64,000 nucleotides of DNA from Candidatus Hydrogenedentota bacterium. GTDB lineage: Bacteria > Hydrogenedentota > Hydrogenedentia > Hydrogenedentales > SLHB01. Of the stretch, positions 9,714-19,857 are shown piece after piece. How positions within the stretch are numbered: the first letter of the stretch is position 1; each line of letters begins with the position of its first letter. The notes below the pieces were generated by a model that saw only the letters and a list, made by a program, of their open reading frames with translations, made no database searches and had not been told where the DNA came from. The DNA lies in assembly GCA_045863295.1 (NCBI GenBank), contig BTWA01000002.1, positions 134,499 through 198,498 of the forward strand. Reading direction: 5' to 3'. The translations under genes were made by a program, and so were the position numbers.

Positions 9714-10646
9714 ATGTCGACGCCCGATGTGACCGTTGTCCTCGCAATGCGAAACCGCGCGGATGCACTGCCCATGGCGCTCGCGCACCTGGAACAGCAA
9801 ACCTATCCCGCGGGCCGGTTTGAAATCCTGGTGGCCGACCGGGGAAGTACCGACGATTCCGTGGCCGTGCTGAAGCGCTATGCCGCGGGCGCACCCGTGC
9901 CCACACGCTTCCTGACGCTCGAACAAGTATCGCCCGGCGCAGCCAGAAACAGGGCGGTAGAGGAAGCCCACGGCGAGATCGTTCTCTTCCTGGATGAAGA
10001 CGTGCTCGCAGGGCCGGGGCTGGTCGAAAACCACATGCGCCTGCAGGAGGCCCGAAAGAATCAGTGCGCATCGATTGGAAAGGTCACGCTACACCCGCAA
10101 ATTAACCCAGGCACCTTCACCCGGTGGCAGGAACTCCTCGCTGAAATACGCCACTTCGATGGACAACCACTGCGTTTTCCAGATTGGCGCGCCTGCAACC
10201 TGGCCGTTCCACGGACATCGCTTGTCAAGGTGCGTGGATTTGACGAAGACCATGAAGGGCACGGACTCGAAGACGTCGAGTTGGCCTGGCGCCTGGAGAA
10301 CCTCCCGCTTCAAGGTTTCTACGCGGAGAACGCCGCGGCCTATCTGTGGCGGGCAGTCTCCATCGATGCGGAAATCACCCGGTTCTACTTGCAGGGATAC
10401 AGCATCCTGCGTGTGCTGGAACGCACAGGCTCGAAAACATTGCGCCTGCGCTACGAGCGGCTGCTTTCGCAACGCGCCATTTCCATCAACCGCCTCGTCG
10501 CCCCCATGTGCCGGTTCATCTCCACCAATCTCGCCCACGACACGGCCGCATTTCAGTTCACATGCAGGCGAACTCTGGAACAGGCATTCGCGCAGGGATA
10601 CCGCGATGCGCGCGCAGGAAGGCCGCCCCGATTCACTGCCGCCTGA
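9714..10646 (+). CDS. GT2 glycosyltransferase
   Basis: EILVADRGSTD, ARN, FLDED, GFDE..EDVELAWRL. Confidence 0.88.
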   Translation: MSTPDVTVVLAMRNRADALPMALAHLEQQTYPAGRFEILVADRGSTDDSVAVLKRYAAGAPVPTRFLTLEQVSPGAARNRAVEEAHGEIVLFLDEDVLAGPGLVENHMRLQEARKNQCASIGKVTLHPQINPGTFTRWQELLAEIRHFDGQPLRFPDWRACNLAVPRTSLVKVRGFDEDHEGHGLEDVELAWRLENLPLQGFYAENAAAYLWRAVSIDAEITRFYLQGYSILRVLERTGSKTLRLRYERLLSQRAISINRLVAPMCRFISTNLAHDTAAFQFTCRRTLEQAFAQGYRDARAGRPPRFTAA

Positions 10647-10668
10647 CACGCGTCATTGGCCCCGTGGC

Positions 10669-12069
10669 TCACGCAATCATGGCGTTCAAAAGATTCCTGG
10701 TGATGATTTGCACCCGTTCGTCCGGCCCGTGCGGGCGGCCGTAATGCGCGAATGGCAACACATGCCCAGGCGGACTGCTCAATCCCTGCGCCCAATAAAT
10801 CGTCGAGGCATTAAACACCAGGTTCTTCTTCGGCCCCGGATAAAGCGTCGCCGTCCAATGCGCGATCTCCTCGCCCGCATTCTTGGCCATCCCCTCCGCC
10901 ACTATCTCAAGCCCCGGAATATTCGCGGGATCGCCATGAAACTCCCAGCCCACAAGCCCCGGAATGCCGTCGCCCTTATTCATTCCCGTGCCCTTGAACA
11001 ACCAGTGATCCGGCTTGACCACGGTCCAATCATCCGCGCCGTTGAAAGGTGAAATCGTGCGTGCGCCAATGAGCGTGTTCTCATTCGGGCCCTCCATCAG
11101 GAAGGGACCCATCCGGCCTTTCTCCACGTCCATCAACCCGCCATACCGGCCCGCGCGATTGAAAATCCGGTGAGGCGCCCCCGATGAACTGGGACCAAAC
11201 GGTGCAACAAAACAACTGGTATTGCCCGACAAAAAGGCAACATGAACACCGCGATCAATGGCCGCCTTCACATGGTGAAACTGTTCCAGGCTCCAGTATT
11301 CGTCGTGCCCCACCGAAAGCATCGCCTTGGCCCGAGTCAGCGTGCCATAATCCGCGTGAACGTCCGTATTCGATACATACGACACGTCGTAACCATGGTG
11401 TTCCAGCCAAAACGCCAGAGGGAATTCCCACAACAAAAACTCGCCCGAACCCTGCGACAACGGCGCATCGACTACCTGGCAGTACTTGCCGTACGGCCGA
11501 TCATAACTCACATACGTGTCGCCCGTCAGCGCCCAACTGCTCTTGCCGTCGTCGTAAAGCGAAAAATTGTCCGGCCAACGGTTATACGCCTGCCACGTGT
11601 TGTCGCTGCATTGAAAGACAATATCCGCCTCGCGGTCATCTTTCACAATAAAGACCACATAACTCTCATACCGGCTCCCAGTAAGCGCCAACTTCCCCAA
11701 ATACACCCCGCTTACCCACTCCTCCGGTATCACAATCGAAGCGCAAGGCGTCCAACGGCATTCGCGCACACGGCCGTGACCGATTTCCGGATCCGGCTGC
11801 ACGGCGCCGTCAAAGGGCCCCAGGCGAAGCATATGCCGGGCCCCGGTCCCGCCGTAATACCCCATGCGGTAAAAGTCCACCGTGAACGATTCCGCGGGAT
11901 TCGTGCTGACCATCAGATCAAGCGTCTCCCCGGCCTTCACGCTCGCCCGGCTCACATACCCCTCAATCCACGGACACCGGTATCGAGTCGAAGGCTCGAC
12001 ACGCGTATACGTCAACTGCCATTCCGTCGTGCCCGCCTGCTTATTCTCTCTTCGAATTCGATTCGACAT
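10669..12069 (-). CDS. N,N-dimethylformamidase beta-subunit-like (DUF6605-type) protein
   Basis: YRMGYYGG, WVSGVY, TWQAYN, VSYDRPY, GHDEYWS, FLSGN motifs. Confidence 0.8.
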   Translation of the reverse strand: MSNRIRRENKQAGTTEWQLTYTRVEPSTRYRCPWIEGYVSRASVKAGETLDLMVSTNPAESFTVDFYRMGYYGGTGARHMLRLGPFDGAVQPDPEIGHGRVRECRWTPCASIVIPEEWVSGVYLGKLALTGSRYESYVVFIVKDDREADIVFQCSDNTWQAYNRWPDNFSLYDDGKSSWALTGDTYVSYDRPYGKYCQVVDAPLSQGSGEFLLWEFPLAFWLEHHGYDVSYVSNTDVHADYGTLTRAKAMLSVGHDEYWSLEQFHHVKAAIDRGVHVAFLSGNTSCFVAPFGPSSSGAPHRIFNRAGRYGGLMDVEKGRMGPFLMEGPNENTLIGARTISPFNGADDWTVVKPDHWLFKGTGMNKGDGIPGLVGWEFHGDPANIPGLEIVAEGMAKNAGEEIAHWTATLYPGPKKNLVFNASTIYWAQGLSSPPGHVLPFAHYGRPHGPDERVQIITRNLLNAMIA

Positions 12070-12543
12070 AGTCCATGCTCGCTCATCGGTAAACTAAGTG
12101 AACCGGCAAACCGCCGATAACGGGCCGCTTCAACCTTCAACACAACCCGGCAAAACCAAGAGTCAAACGTCCAAAGGGAAATCTATCGCGAACCGGCATG
12201 ACGTGTCCAGCGCAACAACACAGATCCGCTGGATCCCAACCCACAGCCATGGGTCTGCAAAGCGGGCCGCGACAAATCCCACCACCGTGCCACAGAAATT
12301 TCACGAAGGCCGCACTAGATATTGCAGCAGTCAAAAGTGCACTTTGACCAAACGCTTGGCCGTGAGACAATCCTCTTTATAGAAAAGTGACGAAGCAACA
12401 GGTGGGAGCGCATTGATCCATTTGTAAGCGCTTGATCGATATAAGTCACCGTGCATGTGTTTGTCGATTCAAGGGGTACACCCCCGGGAGGGCAGACCAC
12501 CTACGTAAAGGCCTATTACCTGTCGGGTACCCGTTTGAATAAG

Positions 12544-12579
12544 AAAGACCCCGCTGGCGCATCGCCAGCGGGGTCTTTT
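12544..12579. terminator. Intrinsic terminator, possibly bidirectional
   Basis: AAAGACCCCGCTGGCG-cat-CGCCAGCGGGGTCTTT, downstream of 12633..13553(-). Confidence 0.85.
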
Positions 12580-12632
12580 GCCGAGACGGGGCTCTTTGTC
12601 CGCGGGTCTTTGGGCATTCGGGTCACGATTTC

Positions 12633-13553
12633 TCAGAACTGCGTTCCGACGGCGGTGCCGTCGCCGTTGGCCGTTGGGACTGTGTTGGACACTTTTAGCG
12701 TGCCGTCGTCTTCCACAAACAGATACCACAAGGTTCCGTTGGGCGATGCGATCTTCACGCAACCCGGCGCCGCACCTCCGCTCCCGTCCCACAACGTCAC
12801 GACACCGCGCGTAGCGCCGTCCACACCGGCCACCACGTCACCGTCCTGCGCGGTCAAGTCACCGGAGGACGTAACGCTTTTGTTGAACTTGACGGGGACA
12901 CCTGGATCGCGATCCATGAACAGGACATTGCTAATGAAGTTGCCGCTGTTGTCCCAACTGTTGATGACAAATGCGCTGCCTGCGTACTGGCCCAACTCCG
13001 GATGCTCACTAGCCCCGAACATCCAGCGGCGGTTGGCTAAGTTACTGGCAGATCCCGTGTAGAACTCCAACCGGCGAAATGTGGCGCCTGGCCCGGCGAA
13101 CCGAATAGTTTCCAAGTCGCTTCCGTCCCCGACCCAGACCGAGCCCGCCACTTTGACGTCATCGCTGCCCTCGTCTACCGTAAGCGCCTTAACCGGGGTG
13201 GCCGAGCCGGCGCGGGTGCCCAAGGCCAACGCATTGGCGGGTCCGTCGAACCATAGTCGTCCCCCGTTGGAGGTTCCGCCGCTGTACAAATCCACGGACG
13301 GATAGCCGCTGCCGGAAGCGGTGACTGACACGCGGCGGTCGGTCGCCGTTGCATTGCCCCCGTCTATTTGACCCTTGATTGCGGCATTCCCGTCCGCCGA
13401 AATATCGCCGTCCGATTCCAGGTCAACGCCCCCGTCCGGGATGGATCCAAACCCGCCCCCCACCTTGAGATTCTCCAGGTAACGGGGCGCTACACCCAAA
13501 CCAAGGAGTGCGATTGACAGAATCACGAACAGATAAACCCAATTTTTTCGCAT
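12633..13553 (-). CDS. Secreted or membrane-anchored Gly-rich beta protein with a phage-tail-fibre-like segment
   Basis: N-terminal hydrophobic signal (MRKNWVYLFVILSIALLGLG); RRWMFG..E....AGSAFVINSWDNSG segment; terminator follows. Confidence 0.7.
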   Translation of the reverse strand: MRKNWVYLFVILSIALLGLGVAPRYLENLKVGGGFGSIPDGGVDLESDGDISADGNAAIKGQIDGGNATATDRRVSVTASGSGYPSVDLYSGGTSNGGRLWFDGPANALALGTRAGSATPVKALTVDEGSDDVKVAGSVWVGDGSDLETIRFAGPGATFRRLEFYTGSASNLANRRWMFGASEHPELGQYAGSAFVINSWDNSGNFISNVLFMDRDPGVPVKFNKSVTSSGDLTAQDGDVVAGVDGATRGVVTLWDGSGGAAPGCVKIASPNGTLWYLFVEDDGTLKVSNTVPTANGDGTAVGTQF

Positions 13554-13937
13554 GATTATCCACCTCTCAAGACCAGCCAAGTTTCACAATTTCTCTCTAT
13601 GTATTTAGATAAAGTTGTTGCACTTCTCTCGGCAACCCTAAGAGTTTCCAGCATGGCGCGCCAGTCGGGCGCATCCTCGTTGCACTAAAACACGCAACCG
13701 GTACCATTTTGCTGTTTGCGATTAGTGTTTAAGAACTTCACGCTCCGCAGCAATGCAGCATGGGCCGTAGCGGGGCGGCCCAATCTTCTGAAAATTGCCT
13801 TTGGATTTTGGTTGAACCGCTTGGATAAATGTCTTGTAATTTGCTATAACACAAACACTTGGGAAGGATTCATTACTTATCAGAGCACACGTGGCACACC
13901 ATTTGCTGCATATGCCACACTGGATAAGGAGCAATGC

Positions 13938-14060
13938 ATGGGGATATCTGTCGTCATCCCTGTATACAACAGCGAAGGCTCATTGAAGCCTTTGGTCGAG
14001 AGACTACACCCGGTGCCGGAGGGATGTCACCAAGAGTACGAGCTAATCCTGGTAAATGGT
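13938..14060 (+). pseudogene. 5' remnant of a GT2 (ArnC/DPM-like) glycosyltransferase
   Basis: AGGAG RBS then MGISVVIPVYNSEGSLKPLVERL..YELILVNG; similarity stops abruptly. Confidence 0.6.
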
Positions 14061-14293
14061 CCAAGCGCAAAAGCCTTAATCGAGTACTCAAAAGTGGAAG
14101 TGGTGCAGCCTGCCTTTCATCACAATCATTTGCGTTTGTCGCCGTATGGAAGATTGCTTGGCGGCAATAGAGGGCAATACCTGTTTAGAGATCATGTCTT
14201 GGATCGGTTGGTACCAATTTCGATTCAAAACAACCTGAAACGGCCGGAACAAGGCAGGATGATAGGGGCGATTCGATTGTGCGCAGCTTTCCA

Positions 14294-16882
14294 ATGATCG
14301 CGAGAATTGCAGAATATCCTACCCTTTTGCGGGCAATGGTGTACACGGTACTGTTGATTGTATTGGTTATTGTAGTACAAAGGTTTTACATTGTGGGGGC
14401 GGATTTTGGTGAGCCATTTCTGTTGCATCCAGACGAGGACGTGACGACAGGGCTCGCTCTGGATCTGGTAAAGGAAGGGAAGCTAAACCCCGGTTGGCTG
14501 GGATACCCTACGCTCCACACTTACTTGACCGCGTCAAGTCACGTGGTGAGCCACTTCCGATTCCTTACTGGTGGAGAATACAAGCAGGACTATTTCGATC
14601 CGAATTCACCTCACGTGGGCCGAAAATGGCCTAATATCAATGCGTATGAAGAATTCATGTTCTATCGCGAGGCACGGAAGTTGAATGGTCTTTTCGTCGC
14701 GGGAATGGCAATCTGCGTCTTTATGATCGGAAAAATGCTCTTCAATTCGGCGGTCGGAGCGGTGTCCGCATTTTGGGCTTTGATTTTTCCGAATCTCGTG
14801 GAAGAAGGACACTATGCGGTGCCACAGGCACTTTTAGTCTTTGTATCTGTGCTGTCGATTTATTTCGCTGTGAGGTATGTGAAAGATGGACGGCTACTGG
14901 ATTTGTATCTGGCTGCCCTGTGCTCTGGACTTGCGTTGGGCACCAAATACAATTTTATTCCGTTGGGAATCGTGCTTGTCTCGTTGATGCTTGTGAAGCC
15001 GCTGGCCCGTTGGCCGCACGCTCCCCTTGTCGTGATGACTTCCCTTGCCTCATTTTTGCTATCTTCGCCCTACACACTTCTAGATCTACCGAAGTTCATG
15101 GAAAATTTTGGCGACGGCATCTATGCCTACAAATGGGGAGCTGGTCACACGGGCGCGAGCAGCGTACCGCCGCTGGTATGGTATGGACGAGTCTGGCTCT
15201 CTTATGGCGTAGGATATATAGTTTTGGCTACAGTGGGGTTGCTGGCATTACCATTTCTTCGTGGCAAACAGGGCCTCGTTGTCCTCACGTTTGTCTTATT
15301 CCTTGCGCTTTTGAGTGCGAATATCCAAGTATTGTTCGAACGAAATGTGCTGCAGGCCGTACCATTTTTTGCACTTGGTTTTGGTGCATTTTGTTGTATG
15401 GCTTACGAAGCCGTATACATAATTGCAGGCAAATTTGTGAAGTGGAAGCCCTTGCTTTTGGGACTTTCAAGTTTAACGCCGATCGTCATCACGTGCATGG
15501 CAATGTCCGCACCCATTGCAAAGAGCGAAGCCATGGTACGGCGATTCACTACGCGTACCACACTTCAGAGCGCTCAAATCTGGTTCAACAGCAATGCGCC
15601 AAAAGGAGCAAAGGTAATTTGTGATAGTACATGGCTTCCTGCAACCGTGCCGATTGAAGGCGATAAGTTTGAGGTTACCAAAGGGCCGGAGTTCTTGTTC
15701 GTGAGTCCCTACGTGGACTACTTAGATTACGACTACGCAGTTTCGGCGTTTGGCGGCACGTATGACGCCTTGCCGCCGATCAAGAATTATGTAATAAACA
15801 AGTTAATGGGTCCGACGAGTCGGCTTACATCGCAACCCATTTTGGACGAACTCACCCGCAACCGAGAGATTATGATGAAACGACTACCCTTGCTTGAGCG
15901 GGTAAATCACTTGCCGCCTACGCAGGATAATCGAACAAGCGTTTTCAACTTCGACGTGGAAGTCTATGAGATTCCCAAATTCGAGAAACACGTGCTGGAA
16001 GCGGAGACATTCTCTCCGGATTCGGCAATTGCCGCTGCAATGGCAGCCACAAATTACACACCCAAAGATGCCTTTTCAATGTCTTGGGAAGGCACGATCC
16101 AAAAACAGTTTGTGCTGACCCGTGGAGCATATGACGTATTCATCATAGCTTCATGCGACGTAGGGAATGAATCGCCAAGTCAAACGGCGGAAGTAAGGGT
16201 TGGCGACATCCTATTGCCAGTGGAACTGTATTGCTACGAAAGGAAGAGTTACTTTGTGGGTACTGCGCCGGTCGCGAAGGAAGGACCCACTAATGTATCT
16301 GTCACGCGGGTGGATGGGCGCTTCATTGCTGTGGATAGAATTGTTTTGGTCAAAACGGATTTGGATCCGGATGCGTTAAGCGCGATACAAGAAACTGCGA
16401 ATCAGTTCGCAAGTCCTAATTTGCTAACTAATGGAACCTTTGAGTTGGGCGACCCACAAGCCAGTTGGGTGTACAACGGAAAGAGCGGCGCTGTTCTATC
16501 GCGTGACGAGTCAGTAAAACACGAAGGGAAAACTAGCTTAAGGGTTGAACTCCCGGCTACAACCAATTTTGCTGCCGTACAATATGTTTACTCTGTTTCA
16601 CCCGGGAAGAAATTTCGGTTGCAAGGGTTTATAAGGACAGAAAACCTGACGGATTTTGCCTGTTTAGAAGTTCAGGATAGCGATCGCGGTCACACGGCAT
16701 TTTCTGTGCAATCGACGCCGGTAACCGGTACCAGCGACTGGATCGCGAGTACCGTCGATTTCACCGTCCCGCCTGATACGGAAAATCTTGCGATTATGCT
16801 CCGGCGACCCTTTATCAATCCGAATCAAAGTGGCACGGGCAGAATCTGGTTCGACGAAATAGCACTGAATGAGCTGAAGTAG
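14294..16882 (+). CDS. GT-C (GT39/ArnT/PMT-like) membrane glycosyltransferase with a C-terminal CBM4/9-like domain
   Basis: HPDE motif after TM1, GLALGTKY, many TM helices, FLLSSPY; C-terminal NLLTNGTFE..WFDEIAL. Confidence 0.85.
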   Translation: MIARIAEYPTLLRAMVYTVLLIVLVIVVQRFYIVGADFGEPFLLHPDEDVTTGLALDLVKEGKLNPGWLGYPTLHTYLTASSHVVSHFRFLTGGEYKQDYFDPNSPHVGRKWPNINAYEEFMFYREARKLNGLFVAGMAICVFMIGKMLFNSAVGAVSAFWALIFPNLVEEGHYAVPQALLVFVSVLSIYFAVRYVKDGRLLDLYLAALCSGLALGTKYNFIPLGIVLVSLMLVKPLARWPHAPLVVMTSLASFLLSSPYTLLDLPKFMENFGDGIYAYKWGAGHTGASSVPPLVWYGRVWLSYGVGYIVLATVGLLALPFLRGKQGLVVLTFVLFLALLSANIQVLFERNVLQAVPFFALGFGAFCCMAYEAVYIIAGKFVKWKPLLLGLSSLTPIVITCMAMSAPIAKSEAMVRRFTTRTTLQSAQIWFNSNAPKGAKVICDSTWLPATVPIEGDKFEVTKGPEFLFVSPYVDYLDYDYAVSAFGGTYDALPPIKNYVINKLMGPTSRLTSQPILDELTRNREIMMKRLPLLERVNHLPPTQDNRTSVFNFDVEVYEIPKFEKHVLEAETFSPDSAIAAAMAATNYTPKDAFSMSWEGTIQKQFVLTRGAYDVFIIASCDVGNESPSQTAEVRVGDILLPVELYCYERKSYFVGTAPVAKEGPTNVSVTRVDGRFIAVDRIVLVKTDLDPDALSAIQETANQFASPNLLTNGTFELGDPQASWVYNGKSGAVLSRDESVKHEGKTSLRVELPATTNFAAVQYVYSVSPGKKFRLQGFIRTENLTDFACLEVQDSDRGHTAFSVQSTPVTGTSDWIASTVDFTVPPDTENLAIMLRRPFINPNQSGTGRIWFDEIALNELK

Positions 16883-17220
16883 TTGGTCTCCGTTCTCCCC
16901 TTTCAATTTCTCCACGAAACATTACGCACTTGAGTAATGTGCGATGCAAACACAATCTGAACTGTAACGGCGAAGTGTTCTTCGAGCATTTCCGCAAATG
17001 TATGCAGCCATCTGTCCAATATAATCAAGCAAACCCAGGATAACATATAGAACAGTGTCGGAAAATTGATTTTGTTAGACGACTCGCTATTGTGCTGCCG
17101 AGTAAATCTTGGTCTTTGCTCCAATCAACACATCCGCTTCGTGCGAGCTAGGAAACGTGGATTCGCCGTGCTAAGAATTTCCTTGCCTGTATCCGGGGTA
17201 AGGCATGACAGACAATTGAA

Positions 17221-17259
17221 GCAGCGCCCGAATCGGCGTTCAACCGGTTCGGGCGCTGC
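17221..17259. terminator. GC-rich hairpin between convergent genes
   Basis: GCAGCGCCCGAATCGG-cgttcaa-CCGGTTCGGGCGCTGC. Confidence 0.6.
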
Positions 17260-17279
17260 TCATGAATGTCTCTTGTCCC

Positions 17280-18485
17280 TTAGGGGATTATTTTGTGCAA
17301 TTGGTAACCGTCAAACCAAACTTTGCCTGGTCCGCCACCTTTTTCCAAGTCGACAACGCGCAACAATACATTGATACCCGTTGTGCCCTGCGGCACTGTA
17401 AATAACAAATGTAAGTCCGTCCAGCCGTTTGTACCCGTAATACCGTCGTTGTATTTTACGAATGCCTCATGCCCTTTCAATGCGTCAGACACTTCAAGTC
17501 GTGCGGTTGCCGCGAGCTTTTCGGTCTTTATCTGTCCAGAAAGCACGTACGATTCGCCCTCTTGTACTCCTACTACTGTTCGAATGCCCAAGTTTGAATC
17601 CTCGGGCAACTCAACTTTCAGCGAGGCCTCGCCTACCGCCGCATCATCTGACGTCACCGCCGAGTCAGGCGCGTCGGTCCAACCGTTAAGTGGATTCGAA
17701 GTGTCTTCAAAACTCCCGTTGGACAACAGACTCGGATCTGATGTTGGCTGTACCTCATGTAACGTTACGCCATCAAACCAAACAGTTCCCTTCTTGGCCT
17801 CTTTCACTTCGGTCACAGGCCGACGGACAAGGACGTTTAGCGAGGTCACGCCATTTGGTACTTCAAACTCAATGGACTGCTTAGTCCATTCATCGGCTAT
17901 TACGGGCTTATCACTGGATCGCTTGGCGAAACTTTCAAAGCCTTTCTCACCATCTTGAACTTCAATCCACACGCCGTCCGTTACCCCTTGGGTCTTGACG
18001 TACCCGGTGAGGCGGTAAGAAGATCCGGACTTCACATTAACCCTCTGTCCCATACCAAAATTTACTTCCGGCTCCAGCGCTACTTGGAGTGCTCTCGTTC
18101 CTTGGTAGGCAGTCTTTTGCGTCAATTCAGGTTTGACATCTTTAATTGTATGGAGCCAAAACGCTGGGCCTGTGTCGGCTTCCTGTTCAAATCCGCCGTT
18201 CTGAATCAGATTCTCGCCAGAGACAACCCACTTAATCACCGCTTCAGGTACGGGTGCCACGTATTGAGCTGCGGCAACCGCTACAGGCGGAGGCGCCTGC
18301 GCAGCACCGGAATCGGGCACCGGGACGGGAGCCACATCCGGCTGCGAATCGGCAGTCTCCGGTTTCGGCGGAACAGGAGTCACATCCGACGGCGCGCTGG
18401 AGGGTTCACCCCCACATCCCAATAGGCTGCCCAACATGGCGCAGCTAACCATAGCAATAAAAATGATTTGCGACTTCCTACGCAT
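17280..18485 (-). CDS. Lipoprotein with two CBM4/9-like carbohydrate-binding domains
   Basis: Lipobox LLGC, Pro-rich linker, two NGxFE..WFDG repeats. Confidence 0.85.
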   Translation of the reverse strand: MRRKSQIIFIAMVSCAMLGSLLGCGGEPSSAPSDVTPVPPKPETADSQPDVAPVPVPDSGAAQAPPPVAVAAAQYVAPVPEAVIKWVVSGENLIQNGGFEQEADTGPAFWLHTIKDVKPELTQKTAYQGTRALQVALEPEVNFGMGQRVNVKSGSSYRLTGYVKTQGVTDGVWIEVQDGEKGFESFAKRSSDKPVIADEWTKQSIEFEVPNGVTSLNVLVRRPVTEVKEAKKGTVWFDGVTLHEVQPTSDPSLLSNGSFEDTSNPLNGWTDAPDSAVTSDDAAVGEASLKVELPEDSNLGIRTVVGVQEGESYVLSGQIKTEKLAATARLEVSDALKGHEAFVKYNDGITGTNGWTDLHLLFTVPQGTTGINVLLRVVDLEKGGGPGKVWFDGYQLHKIIP

Positions 18486-18889
18486 GCTCTCTGCCTCTCT
18501 CCTGCCTCACACAGGATTATTACGCATTCGTTGTCCCGATTTTGGATAGAGCGGCGCTGCTACAAACACCAAAAAGTATAGTATTTGTCGCGCAGACGGG
18601 TCAAGCCGCCGTCCCACGCCTCGACTGAGCTAACGAATTTGGATCGCAATTGGGTGACAGTAATTGCGGTGACCAGAGTGCCGTAAATCAGCAGACGTAT
18701 TTTTGTATTTTCGTGATTTTATATATACTATAACCCGCATACACGATGAATCAATAATAAACCCTTGTTTCAATCCGCTAGGCGATGCCCCGAGCCTGAG
18801 CCTACAAGAAGGCCATGGGCGGCGCATGGTATGCTTGCCGTTCTGAACGAGTTTTCCTTTCCCCCTACCAAACTTGGAGTGGTTGTGCC

Positions 18890-19831
18890 ATGCCGAAGGT
18901 TGTTCTGGCGTCGGTCGGGTTGTTACTGGGGTTGGGCGTGGCGTTCGCCGCGCCCGGCGATCCGGATTTGAAGATTGCGAACGAAGCAATCGAGGTGGGG
19001 ATCAGCAAAGACTTTGGGGGCGCGGTGACCTGGCTTGCCGTGGCGGGGTCCGCCCGGAATCTGATTAACAATCACGACAAAGGGCGGCAAGTCCAGCAGT
19101 CGTACTACGCCGGGCAAGGCTTCGATCGCACGGCGGAAGGACAATCCAAAACGTGGACCCCCTGGCCGTGGAATCCGGTGCAGGCGGGGGATGCGTACGG
19201 GAACAAGTCCACTGTGTTGGAAGCGAAGTTGGAAGACAACACGATCTACACAAAGGTGCAGCCGCTTTTGTGGGACATGAACAACGAGATATCCGAGTCG
19301 CACTACGAGACGTGGGTGTCGCTGGAAGGCAACACCGTGCGCGTAAAGAACAAGCTGACCTGTTTCCGCACGGACAATCGGTGGGAAGTGAAGCCGCGCG
19401 ATCAAGAGTTGCCGGCAGTCTATACCATCGGGGCGTTGTCGACGTTGTACACGTACGACGGGGATGCGCCCTGGACCGGAGCGGCGTTGAAGGTGATTGA
19501 GCCGAAGCCGTTTCCCGGGTATCCATGGCCGACATGGACCGGGCAGGAAAAGTGGGCGGCCAATGTGAACGCCGATAAGTGGGGAGTGGGCGTCTACACG
19601 CCAATGGCGGAACGGTTTTGCGGAGGATTCCACGGCACGCCGCCGGGCGAGACGGCGGACGCATGCACGGGATACATTTCGCCGCTGAAAACAGTGACGC
19701 TGGAGAAGGACTCGGTATTCGAATACGAGTACTACCTGATCGTGGGGACGCTGGACGAGATTCGCGCGTTCGTGTATGCGAAGGAAGGCAAATCCCTGCC
19801 AGAGCCGCCCAAGGAAAATACAACGCCGTAA
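18890..19831 (+). CDS. Secreted hypothetical protein (possible galactose-mutarotase-like beta sandwich)
   Basis: GGAG RBS, signal peptide, NLINNHDKGRQVQQSYY and WPWNPVQAGD motifs. Confidence 0.75.
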   Translation: MPKVVLASVGLLLGLGVAFAAPGDPDLKIANEAIEVGISKDFGGAVTWLAVAGSARNLINNHDKGRQVQQSYYAGQGFDRTAEGQSKTWTPWPWNPVQAGDAYGNKSTVLEAKLEDNTIYTKVQPLLWDMNNEISESHYETWVSLEGNTVRVKNKLTCFRTDNRWEVKPRDQELPAVYTIGALSTLYTYDGDAPWTGAALKVIEPKPFPGYPWPTWTGQEKWAANVNADKWGVGVYTPMAERFCGGFHGTPPGETADACTGYISPLKTVTLEKDSVFEYEYYLIVGTLDEIRAFVYAKEGKSLPEPPKENTTP

Positions 19832-19857
19832 CGCATGGCATGGTCTCTGTCGTCGCT

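Noticed and set aside
12104..12135. c-di-GMP-I riboswitch-like GGCAAACC..GGGCCGC
   Set aside because: It lacks the GAAA loop and GCAAAG/P3 elements, and points away from the adjacent gene.
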